34,850 nt of DNA from positions 1-34,850 of the IMG/VR virus record IMGVR_UViG_3300038673_000123. One strand, 5' to 3'. The notes under the pieces were generated by a model, which did not search any database, was not told the DNA's origin, and saw only the letters and a program-made list of their open reading frames with translations. The stretch comes from a virus (taxonomy: Duplodnaviria > Caudoviricetes). The stretch's first letter is position 1. Each line of letters starts with the position of its first letter. The position numbers and the translations under genes are program-made. Below, piece by piece: positions 21,883-32,349 of this stretch.

Positions 21883-22041
21883 ATGATCGAAACCATGACT
21901 GTCAAGCGCAAGGATAACGGCAAGCTGAAGATCATCAACACGGGCAACTTTGACCCGTCGAAACATGAGTTGCTTGACGCCCCGAAGGTTGAGGCAGTCG
22001 TGGACGAACAGCCCAAGCGTGGCCGGAAGGCCAAGGCGTAA
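21883..22041 (+). CDS. Small head-associated protein (MIETMTVKRK...INTGNFDPSKHEL, 52 aa)
   Basis: Read by hand; basic C-terminal PKRGRK. Confidence 0.6.
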   Translation: MIETMTVKRKDNGKLKIINTGNFDPSKHELLDAPKVEAVVDEQPKRGRKAKA

Positions 22042-22043
22042 CC

Positions 22044-22535
22044 ATGCCCATCACCCTGACAGTCGAAGACGGCACCCGGCCCACCGGCGCGAACACCTAC
22101 GCATCCCTTGCGGATGCGAATGCGTATTGGGCGGATCGTGGCAACGATACCTGGGCCGACGCGACGGACGATGAAAAGAGTTCGGCGCTCATCCAGGCGA
22201 CGGACTACCTCAACGGCCTCTCATGGACCGGGCGCAAAGTCGCCATCAGGACGATGGCCTGGCCCAGAATTGACGTTGAGGTGGAAGGCTACGCGGTCGG
22301 CTCCGACGAGATCCCCGACGAGGTTGTGCAGGCCACCTGCTACATGGCCGGGGAAATCCTGGGCGGGGCCACTCCGCTTGCCGCGACTGACAGGCCGCTC
22401 ACCAAGCTGACGGCGGGTGCGGTGTCGATGGAGTGGGATGCGGCGTCCTCACAGGCCCCGCAGTATCCGGCGCTGAAGTCCATCCTGCGCGGCTACATCA
22501 TGGCGGGCAACACGTTCCGGCTGGTGAGGGCATAA
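22044..22535 (+). CDS. Head-tail adaptor (DnaT-like ssDNA-binding family annotation)
   Basis: VEDGT...ANTYASLADANAY, ALIQATDYL, WPR. Confidence 0.75.
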   Translation: MPITLTVEDGTRPTGANTYASLADANAYWADRGNDTWADATDDEKSSALIQATDYLNGLSWTGRKVAIRTMAWPRIDVEVEGYAVGSDEIPDEVVQATCYMAGEILGGATPLAATDRPLTKLTAGAVSMEWDAASSQAPQYPALKSILRGYIMAGNTFRLVRA

Positions 22536-22536
22536 C

Positions 22537-22887
22537 ATGGCCGTCAACCTCAACCCCGCATTCAAGGCCCTGCGCAAAAGCCTTCCCGGCGCTGTCGTGG
22601 AATGCACTTGGGCGCGGGTGACGGGCAGCACATATAACCCGGCAACGGGCGCAATGACCAACACGACGACGACCGAGACATTCTCGGCCATCAAGGGCGA
22701 GTACAGGACGTTCGAGCGGTTGGCCGGAATCCAGGCCGGGGATGTCAAACTCGTCATTGACTCTATGTCCATCCCTGCCGTGCCGCCCGTGGGCGCGGTC
22801 ATCACATGGGGCGGCGTGGCGCATGAGGTGGTGGACGCCAAGGACTATGCGGGCATCGCGTGCGAACTCCAGATGAGGCGGAAATGA
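22537..22887 (+). CDS. Head closure protein
   Basis: YNPATG, IQAGDVKL; position. Confidence 0.65.
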   Translation: MAVNLNPAFKALRKSLPGAVVECTWARVTGSTYNPATGAMTNTTTTETFSAIKGEYRTFERLAGIQAGDVKLVIDSMSIPAVPPVGAVITWGGVAHEVVDAKDYAGIACELQMRRK

Positions 22888-23279
22888 TCTCCTTTGATGT
22901 GCGCTTTGACCTCGACGGGCTGACCGAGAACGTGGCCGTGATGGCTGACAAAGTGCAGCGCAAGGCCGCGTTGGACCTGTTCGGGGAACTCATCCAGACG
23001 ACGCCGATTGATACGGGCCGCGCCCGAGCTGGCTGGTCGATGGATGCGCGTCAAGGGTCGAATGTGCCCGAGGACCGGAAGAAGCCTAAGGGATGGAAGA
23101 AGGGCGACACGCCACTTTATGCCAAGCCCTCGACGCCAATCCCGCCCAAGGGTGCGCCCTTCATAATGATCTACAACAACGTCGAATACATCGTGCATCT
23201 GAACGACGGCACCAGCACGCAGGCCGCAAAGCGGTTCGTGCAGATCGCCAAAGAAAAGATTGAACGGAATCTGCGATGA
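22884..23279 (+). CDS. Tail completion protein (HK97 gp10-like)
   Basis: TPIDTGRARAGW, NNVEYI..LNDGTSTQA. Confidence 0.8.
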   Translation: MISFDVRFDLDGLTENVAVMADKVQRKAALDLFGELIQTTPIDTGRARAGWSMDARQGSNVPEDRKKPKGWKKGDTPLYAKPSTPIPPKGAPFIMIYNNVEYIVHLNDGTSTQAAKRFVQIAKEKIERNLR

Positions 23280-23659
23280 TAAACACCATCCGCGCCATCC
23301 TCGCCGCCCGCATGGCAACATGGACGACCACGCCGATATGCTGGCCCAACACGGCCCCGCTGACGGCATCAAATAGTCCATGGGTGCGGTTCGCGGTAAT
23401 TCCATTCGCCCGTACATGGCCGACCATCCCAGCCGGGACGAAACGAGTCATGGACGGGGAAATCGTGGTGCAGGTGTTTGTCCCGAGTGGGTCCGGTGAC
23501 GGTACTGCGGCAACGCTGGCCGACTCCATCGGGGCGCTCTTTTCGAAGTACGCATCAGGCGGCGTCCAGTGCCATGAGCCTTCGGCCACCGTGGTCGTGG
23601 GTGATATGGACGGCTGGTATCAAATCAACGCGGTGATCCCGTGGAGGGCTGAACTGTGA
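23276..23659 (+). CDS. Tail terminator (DUF4128-like)
   Basis: WPN, PWVR, GEIVVQVFVPSGSG, WYQINA. Confidence 0.7.
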   Translation: MINTIRAILAARMATWTTTPICWPNTAPLTASNSPWVRFAVIPFARTWPTIPAGTKRVMDGEIVVQVFVPSGSGDGTAATLADSIGALFSKYASGGVQCHEPSATVVVGDMDGWYQINAVIPWRAEL

Positions 23660-24057
23660 TCTCTGATTGGCTCTCTGCTGGATCGCTCATCAAAACCCGT
23701 GTCGCTGCGCAGGTCGCAGGCTTGGCGCGGGTGGACATCGTTTCGAGCGTCACCGAGGCCGCAAACGTGGTCAAGGATGACAAGGCTTGTTTCATCGCAT
23801 GGGCAGGAGATTCCACCCTTGACATCGGCGGGCGCGGGACTGTCGCAGCCGTCAATCAGCGGTGGCAGGTCATCTTGGCTGTGCGGCCCGGTCAAACTCC
23901 GGGCGATCTCTTGTCCCAAATCATCACCGCCCTTTCCGGCTTTGAGTTGTCCGACGCCTTCGACGGACTGCGGTTCTCGGGCGGATCGGCTGCGGTCTAC
24001 ACAGGCGATTTTGCCCTGTATCCTCTGAATTTCGAACTGGCAGTTTTCGCCAGCTAG
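23656..24057 (+). CDS. Second tail-terminator-like protein
   Basis: QRWQVILAV, ALSGF, YPLNF; before the tail tube gene. Confidence 0.5.
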   Translation: MISDWLSAGSLIKTRVAAQVAGLARVDIVSSVTEAANVVKDDKACFIAWAGDSTLDIGGRGTVAAVNQRWQVILAVRPGQTPGDLLSQIITALSGFELSDAFDGLRFSGGSAAVYTGDFALYPLNFELAVFAS

Positions 24058-24066
24058 GAGACTACC

Positions 24067-24825
24067 ATGAGCAATTACTTTTCCTTTCGCGGCAAGGTCT
24101 ACATGGGCACCCGCGACAGCAACGGGAACCCCGAGGGCCTGACCCACATTGGCAACGTGCCGGAACTGTCCTTGTCCTTCGCGGTCGAGACCCTTGAGCA
24201 CAAGGAGTCCATGAGCGGCCAGGACTTGACCGACGTTTCCATCACGACTTCGAAGTCGGGTGAAATCAGCCTGACCGCCGAAGAACTCATCAAGGAGACG
24301 TTCGCCATCGCGCTGAACGGCACCTTGACCGAAGTCGCTTCGGGCACCGTGTCCACCGCCGAAACCATCAGCGCAGCCGTGCCGACCACGGGTAAGATTT
24401 ACCTGTTGGCCCATCCCGACGTTTCGTCCGTGGTGGTCAAGGACTCTGCGGACGCCACGGTTGCCGACACCAAGTACACCGTCAACGCCAAGCATGGCTC
24501 CATCTCCTTCTCCGACGTTTCCGGCATCGCTGCTGGGGCGGTCAAGGTGACGTACAGCTACGCCGCGTACAAGAAGGTCACCATGTTCACGGCGGACGAA
24601 GAGGACTACTGGCTGCGCCTCGAAGGCCTCAACAAGGTCAATAACGAGCGCGTCGTGGTGGACCTCTACAGGGTCCGCGTGAACCCCACCGACGGCATGG
24701 CGTTCATCAACGACGAATTGGGCAGCGCCCCGATCAAGGGCAAGGTGCTTGCCGACACTACCAAGACGGCAGGCGGCGCTCTCGGCCAGTTTGGACGCAT
24801 GTTCATCATCACCGCCCCGGCCTAA
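24067..24825 (+). CDS. Major tail (tube) protein
   Basis: YFSFRGKVY, IGNVPEL, LEHKESMSG; strong RBS; upstream of chaperone and TMP. Confidence 0.82.
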   Translation: MSNYFSFRGKVYMGTRDSNGNPEGLTHIGNVPELSLSFAVETLEHKESMSGQDLTDVSITTSKSGEISLTAEELIKETFAIALNGTLTEVASGTVSTAETISAAVPTTGKIYLLAHPDVSSVVVKDSADATVADTKYTVNAKHGSISFSDVSGIAAGAVKVTYSYAAYKKVTMFTADEEDYWLRLEGLNKVNNERVVVDLYRVRVNPTDGMAFINDELGSAPIKGKVLADTTKTAGGALGQFGRMFIITAPA

Positions 24826-24834
24826 ACCTAACAT

Positions 24835-24855
24835 GGGGGCTTCGGCCCCCTTTCT
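24835..24855 (+). terminator. cUUCGg hairpin terminator after the tail tube gene
   Basis: GGGGGC-TTCG-GCCCCC-TTTCT. Confidence 0.6.
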
Positions 24856-24867
24856 CATAGGACCACC

Positions 24868-25248
24868 ATGCAGACACTCGAAAAGCTCGCCCCCATCCCC
24901 GTGAAAGTTGACGTTGCCGGGGAACGCATTTCCGTCACGCCCATCAAGACCCGCGAACTGCCGCCGATGATGCGGGCCGTGGCCCCGATCCTTGCCGAGA
25001 TACAGGGCGGGGATATCCTCGGGGCGCTGGCAAAAAACGCCGACTCGCTCGTCGAAGCCGTGGCCATTTGTTGCCGCAAGCCCCGAGAATGGGCCGACGA
25101 GTTGGACGTTGACGATCTCGTTGCCGCTGCCGCCGCAGTCATGGAGAGCAATGCGGATTTTTTCGTCCATCGCGTCCTGCCCGCGCTGACAAAAGCGGTG
25201 GATGGCGTGACGCAGGCAGTTGGGCAAGGACAATCGACGGACTCGTAG
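24868..25248 (+). CDS. Tail assembly chaperone (gpG-like)
   Basis: Between tube and TMP; slippery NADFF site. Confidence 0.75.
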   Translation: MQTLEKLAPIPVKVDVAGERISVTPIKTRELPPMMRAVAPILAEIQGGDILGALAKNADSLVEAVAICCRKPREWADELDVDDLVAAAAAVMESNADFFVHRVLPALTKAVDGVTQAVGQGQSTDS

Positions 25249-25433
25249 GCGCTGGTTACCGCATTGACGAGTTGCTGGACCTCCCCGTGACGGCAATCGA
25301 TGTTCTGGCCGAAGCCGCAGGGGAGCGCAAAAAAGCCGACCTGATACAGACGATCAACGCGCACCGGATCGCCGGGGCTGACGGCAAGAGCTACAAAGAG
25401 GCGATGAGGAGTGTAGAGCGTGGCCGAGAATAA
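25158..25433 (+). CDS. -1 frameshift extension (gpGT-like) from T TTT TTC
   Basis: Heptamer at 25158-25164; the -1 frame is open to TAA 25431-25433. Confidence 0.7.
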   Translation, partial: FFRPSRPARADKSGGWRDAGSWARTIDGLVGAGYRIDELLDLPVTAIDVLAEAAGERKKADLIQTINAHRIAGADGKSYKEAMRSVERGRE

Positions 25434-28400
25434 CATATCAATCAAGGTCCAGGCCGACACGACAGCCGCCCGCGCTGAAATCTCAAATTTCGGCAAGGTG
25501 CTCGAATCTCTTGGACGGACCAGCGCTGGAAGCGGCATGTCCAATGCCGGGCAGGCTGCTTCCAAGATGGTCAAGGCGTTTGACGACGCCGAGTTGGCCG
25601 TTGCTGGCCTCGTTGATAGATTTGTCGAGCAGGCCGGAGCGGCAACGTCCATGGCCAAGGGCTTGTCGAATGTGTCCGTGGCGCTGAAGCGAATTGACGC
25701 CGCGCAGCGAGAAGCCAGCAAAAGCATGACTGCGTATCACGCCATGATGCGCAACGTAGCCAAAGACCAGGAAGACTTCGGGACCATCGGGGCAAGGTCC
25801 AGCCGTGAAATCAAAACGGAAATGGACAAGCTGAATGCCGCATTGTCCAGGCTCAAGAAGTCCAGCACAGCCACAAGCCAAGACGTTTCGCGGGCCACGC
25901 AGGCCGTGAAAAAGCGCATGGCAGAACTCAACGCGGAGATGGACGGAACCGCCGCCAAAATGGACAACGTCAGCAAAAAGTCTGACGTGCTGCGGAACGG
26001 TTATCAAAAGCTGATTGGCGCGTGGGTCGCCTTCCAAGGGTTGATGGCCGCTGGTGGCATCATCGCAGCCGTCGAGGAAATGGACAGGCTCGACGCTCGG
26101 CTGAAGATTTCCGAGGGCAGCGCGAAGGCCGCAGCCACGGCGATGGATGAGATCAAGCGCGTTGCCACCGATACCCGCGCCCCGGTCAAGGACGTTGCCG
26201 ACGCCTATATCAGATTTTCGACCGCAATTCAGAGGGCGGGCGGATCGCAGAAACAGTCCATCCAGTTCACGGAACTCTTATCCAAGGCGCTCAAAGTCTC
26301 CGGCGCGTCCGCAGAGACTACGGGCCGCGTCATGCTGCAACTCGGTCAGGCATTCGACTCTGGCCGGTTGCAGGGTGACGAGTTTAGGAGCGTGGCCGAG
26401 AACGGCGGGATGGTCCTCAACTACCTGGCTGATGCGCTTGGCGTGACACGCGGGCAACTCCGCGAAATGGGCACGGCTGGCGAACTGACTGCGGACAAGC
26501 TGCTCAAACTCATCGACGCCGCCGACAAGATCAACAAAGACTTTGCCCAAGTCCCGAGGACGGCTGGCGAGGCTTTTGTGCTCGTCAGTAACGCATTTCT
26601 TGATGTGGCGCAGAAGTCGTCATTGCTCAAGGCGCTGATCCAGGGGCTTGGCGAAGTCCTGATCTTCGCGGCGAAGAACATGGGCGAGTTGATTTCAACG
26701 GCGATTGTTGCCGGGATTGCGGCGCTCATAATTCAAGTTGGTGGAGTTTCTGCTGCGTTCCAGGCCGCAGCCGTTTCCGTCAACGCGCTCCGTGTCGCGC
26801 TACTCGGATTGGCTGCCTCGAACCCGTGGCTTTTATTTTTCACCGCTGCGGCCACGTACATCATTTGGCAATGGGGGGCCATCAAGCAAGCGGTCATCGA
26901 CGTTCTGGATCTCTTTGGCATGAAGCCCGACACAGTTGCCATAGACGAGACGACCGAAGCTGTGGCCGATCTTGAGCGCCAGATTGCCGGGATGCAGGCC
27001 AAACTTGGCCCTGCGCTCGAAGCTGTCAAGAAACAGATTGAGGAGCAGCGAAAAGCAGCAACTGCCAGCGTCAAGGCCATTACGCAAGCATATGGCGAAA
27101 TGGCCGGTCAGATTGACGCCAACGCATCCGAGCAAATCAACGCCATCCGCGCCCGCTATGCCGAGGAAAAGCGGCTCATCGCCCAGACCAAGGGCGAGTC
27201 TGACGCTCGGTATGCAGCCGAAGCGCAATCCCTCATTGCGTCCACGCGGGAGCAGATTGAAATCCTCAAGGACGCCGCCAGGCAGAAGAACCAACTCATT
27301 GACGAAGAGTACACGATAGCGAGTCAGGCGACCCGCGTCATGTATGACAACGAGCGCGATCGTGCCAACGCTTTGCAGACCTTGGACAACGAGGTGATGC
27401 AGAAAAAGCGCACGGTCCTGTCGCAGATGCTTTCGGACTACCGGAGCCACATCGACGCGCTGAACTCCGAGGCCGAGCGCAATTTCCAAGCCGTCAAGGC
27501 CATCGAGGAACAGAAGCGCGGGCTGTCCATGTCCACGCAAGAGCGCATCAGGTCGCTGCAACAGGCTGCCATGGGCGAGTATCAAGCCTATCAGGACAAG
27601 CTCAAGCAGATTGACGAGCTCAACGGAAAGGCGCGTGAAGCGATACTTGCCGGTCAGTCCGAGCAGGCCGTTGAATACGCCAAGAAGGCGCAGGACGTTG
27701 CCGCAAACATCGCGTCAGGAGTCAAGGAGAACGGCAAGGAGATCGTCAGCCAGGCGCAGGCGACACAGACGGCCATTGCCAAGATCAGCGAGTCCGAGCG
27801 GATCGCCCAGGGCGCTCTTGACGAGACGATGCGCAAGCGTGAGCAGGCCGGAAACATGGCCCTTGAGCAGGCACAGACGTTCACGACATCAATGCAGTCC
27901 TTGCAAACCGAACTGGACACCGTGTCCACCAAACTCGCGTCGGGACTTCAGTTCACAATCCAGACGAACACGGCGCAGGTGTTGGCTGACGTACAGCAGC
28001 TTGAGCAGTTTATCGCCCAACGCGACATGATGCTAATGGTGCAAAGCAATATCGACGAGCTCAAGGGTAAGGTGGACGAGATGAAAGAGTCTCTGGAAGC
28101 AGGGACCACATCAACCCACGAAATCGACGACAACGCCCGCGAAGTTCAGCGGGCAATCGACAATCTCAAGAGGGACACCTCGTCCACACATACCATCTAC
28201 ATCCGGCGCGTCGAGACAAACGCTGCTGGCGGCCTTGCGGGTTGGTCACAGCGGTTCCGAGACGGCGGCCAAGCCTTCCGCCGTCGCATTGGCAAGATCA
28301 TTGGCGCGGGCACTGCAACATCCGACAGCATCCCGGCCATGCTCTCCAACGGAGAATTCGTCATCCGCGCCGCGATGGTCCGCAAGTGGGGCGCGTCCTT

Positions 28401-28623
28401 TTTCGAGGCGCTGAATAGGGGTGTGATGCCGCCTATGCCGAAATACGCGATGGGCGGCGCGGTCAACGTGCCCCTTTCCATGTCTGGATCGTCCGAGGCG
28501 CTGACGGTCACATTCCGCGCTGGCGACCTCGAAGCCCCGGTCAAAATCTCCGACCGCACAAGCAGGGAGTCCATGAAGGCCTTCGCCCGCGAACTGCAAA
28601 AAATCCGGCTGGTCCAAGGGTAA
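25420..28623 (+). CDS. Tape measure protein
   Basis: 1067 aa helical; QLGQAFDSGRLQGDEFRSV; TM region; GTATSDSIPAMLSNGEFV. Confidence 0.93.
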   Translation: MAENNISIKVQADTTAARAEISNFGKVLESLGRTSAGSGMSNAGQAASKMVKAFDDAELAVAGLVDRFVEQAGAATSMAKGLSNVSVALKRIDAAQREASKSMTAYHAMMRNVAKDQEDFGTIGARSSREIKTEMDKLNAALSRLKKSSTATSQDVSRATQAVKKRMAELNAEMDGTAAKMDNVSKKSDVLRNGYQKLIGAWVAFQGLMAAGGIIAAVEEMDRLDARLKISEGSAKAAATAMDEIKRVATDTRAPVKDVADAYIRFSTAIQRAGGSQKQSIQFTELLSKALKVSGASAETTGRVMLQLGQAFDSGRLQGDEFRSVAENGGMVLNYLADALGVTRGQLREMGTAGELTADKLLKLIDAADKINKDFAQVPRTAGEAFVLVSNAFLDVAQKSSLLKALIQGLGEVLIFAAKNMGELISTAIVAGIAALIIQVGGVSAAFQAAAVSVNALRVALLGLAASNPWLLFFTAAATYIIWQWGAIKQAVIDVLDLFGMKPDTVAIDETTEAVADLERQIAGMQAKLGPALEAVKKQIEEQRKAATASVKAITQAYGEMAGQIDANASEQINAIRARYAEEKRLIAQTKGESDARYAAEAQSLIASTREQIEILKDAARQKNQLIDEEYTIASQATRVMYDNERDRANALQTLDNEVMQKKRTVLSQMLSDYRSHIDALNSEAERNFQAVKAIEEQKRGLSMSTQERIRSLQQAAMGEYQAYQDKLKQIDELNGKAREAILAGQSEQAVEYAKKAQDVAANIASGVKENGKEIVSQAQATQTAIAKISESERIAQGALDETMRKREQAGNMALEQAQTFTTSMQSLQTELDTVSTKLASGLQFTIQTNTAQVLADVQQLEQFIAQRDMMLMVQSNIDELKGKVDEMKESLEAGTTSTHEIDDNAREVQRAIDNLKRDTSSTHTIYIRRVETNAAGGLAGWSQRFRDGGQAFRRRIGKIIGAGTATSDSIPAMLSNGEFVIRAAMVRKWGASFFEALNRGVMPPMPKYAMGGAVNVPLSMSGSSEALTVTFRAGDLEAPVKISDRTSRESMKAFARELQKIRLVQG

Positions 28624-28624
28624 T

Positions 28625-29074
28625 ATGGCAACACGATTCCGGCTCTACAGCACCGACGTTGCGGCCACGCTTGCCCCATCCGCACTTGAGGCGCCCCCGG
28701 CCACGCTCATTGTTTGGGACCATGACCCGATCAAATCGCAGGGGCTACAGATCACGCCACCGGCCAGGCGCGGCCAGGTCATCCGCACGGGCACGAGCGT
28801 TGTGTACCACGATCACGGCGTCGTGGAGGGTGACGGGACTTTGACCATCACGGGCAATACCGACGATGGCGAATGGCTGAGCGCGTCCACGGTTGCGGCA
28901 CTGCGCACGGCCTACGCTGCCGAGGACACAGAGTGGTATTTCACGGACGGCTTCAACTGCTGGAAGGTCAGATTCCAAGCCATGAACCTGTGGCGTCATC
29001 AGTTTTGGGCAGAGCATGGGATACAGAACTTTTCCTATGAGATCACATTCCACATCGTGAGCACCGAAATATGA
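28625..29074 (+). CDS. Putative distal tail (Dit-like) protein
   Basis: Position directly after TMP; size. Confidence 0.5.
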   Translation: MATRFRLYSTDVAATLAPSALEAPPATLIVWDHDPIKSQGLQITPPARRGQVIRTGTSVVYHDHGVVEGDGTLTITGNTDDGEWLSASTVAALRTAYAAEDTEWYFTDGFNCWKVRFQAMNLWRHQFWAEHGIQNFSYEITFHIVSTEI

Positions 29075-32000
29075 ATTGGCGCGTCCTGCTGAACGGGACA
29101 GACATCACGGCCTATTGTTCCGGCGTCCAGACCCGATTCGAGGCTGACGCCATTTGTGGCGAGGTGGAGGTTTCTTTGGCCTCCCGCGCCCCGCTTGCGG
29201 GAATCGTCGTGCCCCGCGTCCCGCAAGCGCTGTCCATTGCCGTGGATGAGCACAACGGCGTGGCATGGGTTTCCCGGGGCGAGTATTTTCTGGAGGAGAT
29301 AGGCTACCCACAGGACACCGAAGCCAAGACGGCAACCATCTGGGGCCGGTCATGGTCGGCCCGCCTGACGACGCCATGGGCGCAGAAGGTGTCGAAACAG
29401 TGGGCCACGGGCGAGACGATAGCCTCCATTATTGCCGAGGTTGTCAACCCGCCTGGTGTGACGTTCTCGCTCGATACCGATTACGACGTTTGCCAATATT
29501 GCTACGCCGTCTCGGACCAGACGCCCGCCGAAATCATCCGCGACTTGGCAACGCGCTCGGGGCAAATCATCTGGCCACAGGTTGACGGGTCCATCGTCAT
29601 CGCGCCGCGCCTCTACACATACGGCGTGCCTGACGTTGTGCTGTCGTCTGACGACATCATTGTGGAGTCGCTAGACCGCCAAGTGCCCGACTTCGGCAAT
29701 CGGATTTTGGTGTCCGGTGATGCGGCCGTCTCGGGACTGTCCGTCCAAGTCGTGCCGCTGGCCGACGAGGACGCGTGCGTTGTGGCGGACGGTCAATCCA
29801 CGGTGCGGCTCATCGCCATCGTGACCGGCGCGGATGGCGATCCGGTGGCTCTTGGCACAGAGGTCGAATGGTCGGCGTCCTCTGGCCTCATGTCCGCGCA
29901 GACGAGCATTACGCAGTCCGTGATTCGGCAGGCCGAAGTCCATCAGGCGGACAGCTACACCAAGATGACCCTGGACCTGCCGGCCGAGTCCGTCATCGGG
30001 TGTTACCGGCGTACCGACGTACGGCGGGCCAGAAACTACTACACCGAGCGCGGCGGGAGCGTCTCGGGCCGCGTCATCACGTTTTCGGCCCCGCTCGACT
30101 ACTATGACCAGACGATGGTCGTGGACTACATCGTCCAGGGCGCACCCATCACATGGACGGCTGGTCGCATCCCCGGCGATGTGACAGTTCTGGCATCCGT
30201 GGCCGGGGCACAGGGCTATTGCACGATCCATCAGAGCAACCCGACTGCCTGCGCAACTCAAATCTCGCTGGAGGCATCGCCGTCGAGCCCATGCTTGGGT
30301 GACGCCGTGGCGATCCTCCTCAAGACGACCATGTTTGGAGGGGCCGGTGTCGGTGCGGCTACGTTTGGGATGCAGGGCTGTGGATCATTGTCGAGCACGC
30401 GCAAGACTCTTGCTCCACGCGAGATCACCGAGACCCTGCGCACATCAATCTGGGGCGGGGCTGTCGAGGTCCGACTCACTGCCGTGCCTGCTGCTGGGAC
30501 AACCCCGTCGGTCGTGTTGGCCGAGACTCCGGGCGCGAACCTGTACGAGTCGCACGATGGGCAGGTTGTCATCCTCTCGGACGATACGATCCTCCCCGGC
30601 ACGCAGGTTGAAGTCACATACGTAGCAGGCGGCACGGCGCTGATTTCGTGGCTGCCGTCCGCGCTGCCCTCGGGCACCGAGTCCATTGTCGAGACGCTAC
30701 TCGTCACACACTCGGGCGAAGCCCCGGATACGGTTGCCCAGGTCACGCTCACGCGCACCCCCGTTGCGGCCCCGTCTTGCATCCCGCTGATGGAGATCAG
30801 CAATTTTTACGCGTCGCACGACAACAAGGTGGTCACGCTGCTGGAAGATTCCGGCGTCATCCTGCCGGTCGGCACGCAAGTCCAGTGCTCCTATCAAAGC
30901 GTCTGGCAGACGCAACCAGGGTGCTCGGCAATCATCACCGTCCGAGTCGATGACGGGTCCGAGGACGGCGGACGTGGCCAGATCAGTGTCTCCGCTCGGG
31001 ACTGCCGCACGGTCAACCCGTCCGGCGGGTCTGGCTCGGGCAGCACATACGACCCCGAAGACCCGGATCAGATACCTGATGAAACGACAGACCCAGAAGA
31101 AGAGGGCGACGACGATCCAACATCGTGGCTGGAGCCGGAAGAGGAGGAGGTGACGCCGACGGGGTGTGGGCCGGAGTCGATCAATCAACGCACCCCGACA
31201 ATTACGGCCAAAAACCACGATGCCGTGTTTGTGGGCGAGTGCCCCGGCACCTGCACCTGTGACGAGATTTGCGCGGCCCTACGGTCTACAGGGCGCCTCT
31301 CGGTCGAGGCCAACATGACGTATAGCACGTGCATGGCCGCTTGTGCCGCTGCACGGGACGCCAAATGCACTCCGTGCTCACTGGATGGCCCGTCAATACT
31401 CAACCCAGGCCAGGATGGGACGTGGACTGACGGCAAAGGCAACTCCGGGGAGTGGTCAGGGCAAATCCCTCTCAAGTCTCGGACGTTCGTGGATGGCTAT
31501 GTTGCCACGATGCCGACCGGAGGGGCTGGCCCATTTACGGTTCGCGTCTGCTACGGCGAGACGCCGGAATCGTGCTGTGAGGCACAGGTGGATTTCCCCC
31601 CGTGCTCACTCTCCGGCCCGACTGAACTCGACCCAGGCGACGAGGGCGTCTACATCCCGTCTGCAGGGGTGACCGGGGCATCGTGTACGTGCTCCGGGGA
31701 TATGACCATTGTCCGCGCAACGAGCGTCGGATTTGTGTGCAAAATGTCCGACACTGGGTGCGCAGGCACTGTGACGGTGGCCTACGGCGGGCGGATTTGC
31801 GACAGCATCGCTGTGACAAATCCGCTCAACGACTACACGGGGACGGTCAGCGGTGATGCATATCTGGGCCCGGGCGAGTCAGCGACGTACTATCACGATC
31901 TCGGTGCTGGCGCAGCGTACACTGGAGACCTACCTGTAATCAGGTCAGTCGATAATGGCGTGATCTGCATGATGCCAGCCAACGCGCCACAGGGCGCAAT

Positions 32001-32349
32001 CTACGAGGTCAGCTTTACCGGCCTGTGCAACTCGTCTGCCAGCATGACCGTGAGCAACTTGTACGATACGGAGGGTAATTGTTTGGCCCCCGGCTATGGG
32101 TGCGGGTGTCCTCCTGGCCCAGGTACGATAGTCAGTAACGGAGAGTCATCGAGCGACCCTGCATGTTATCGTGTTGGCGACTCATGCTGGACAAGCATGT
32201 CAACATCAGCGGCAAAAGTCTCTTGCCCTGGCCAAAACTCGTGGTTGTGCCTGGGTACGCAAATCCGCGAAACATCCTCGGTCAGTAGTGGTGACTGCGG
32301 ATGCGGCGCGGCAACATTTACCTACCGCGATGCGGCGGCGGTCGAATGA
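29071..32349 (+). CDS. Tail hub/central fibre protein with Ig-like repeats and a Cys-rich C-terminus
   Basis: N-terminal hub-like region; invasin-like VVADGQSTVRLIA..DGDPV; internal repeats. Confidence 0.65.
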   Translation: MNWRVLLNGTDITAYCSGVQTRFEADAICGEVEVSLASRAPLAGIVVPRVPQALSIAVDEHNGVAWVSRGEYFLEEIGYPQDTEAKTATIWGRSWSARLTTPWAQKVSKQWATGETIASIIAEVVNPPGVTFSLDTDYDVCQYCYAVSDQTPAEIIRDLATRSGQIIWPQVDGSIVIAPRLYTYGVPDVVLSSDDIIVESLDRQVPDFGNRILVSGDAAVSGLSVQVVPLADEDACVVADGQSTVRLIAIVTGADGDPVALGTEVEWSASSGLMSAQTSITQSVIRQAEVHQADSYTKMTLDLPAESVIGCYRRTDVRRARNYYTERGGSVSGRVITFSAPLDYYDQTMVVDYIVQGAPITWTAGRIPGDVTVLASVAGAQGYCTIHQSNPTACATQISLEASPSSPCLGDAVAILLKTTMFGGAGVGAATFGMQGCGSLSSTRKTLAPREITETLRTSIWGGAVEVRLTAVPAAGTTPSVVLAETPGANLYESHDGQVVILSDDTILPGTQVEVTYVAGGTALISWLPSALPSGTESIVETLLVTHSGEAPDTVAQVTLTRTPVAAPSCIPLMEISNFYASHDNKVVTLLEDSGVILPVGTQVQCSYQSVWQTQPGCSAIITVRVDDGSEDGGRGQISVSARDCRTVNPSGGSGSGSTYDPEDPDQIPDETTDPEEEGDDDPTSWLEPEEEEVTPTGCGPESINQRTPTITAKNHDAVFVGECPGTCTCDEICAALRSTGRLSVEANMTYSTCMAACAAARDAKCTPCSLDGPSILNPGQDGTWTDGKGNSGEWSGQIPLKSRTFVDGYVATMPTGGAGPFTVRVCYGETPESCCEAQVDFPPCSLSGPTELDPGDEGVYIPSAGVTGASCTCSGDMTIVRATSVGFVCKMSDTGCAGTVTVAYGGRICDSIAVTNPLNDYTGTVSGDAYLGPGESATYYHDLGAGAAYTGDLPVIRSVDNGVICMMPANAPQGAIYEVSFTGLCNSSASMTVSNLYDTEGNCLAPGYGCGCPPGPGTIVSNGESSSDPACYRVGDSCWTSMSTSAAKVSCPGQNSWLCLGTQIRETSSVSSGDCGCGAATFTYRDAAAVE

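Noticed and set aside
23620-25296. 558-aa antisense ORF over tail genes
   Set aside because: Shadow ORF spanning several real + strand genes; no recognisable motifs.
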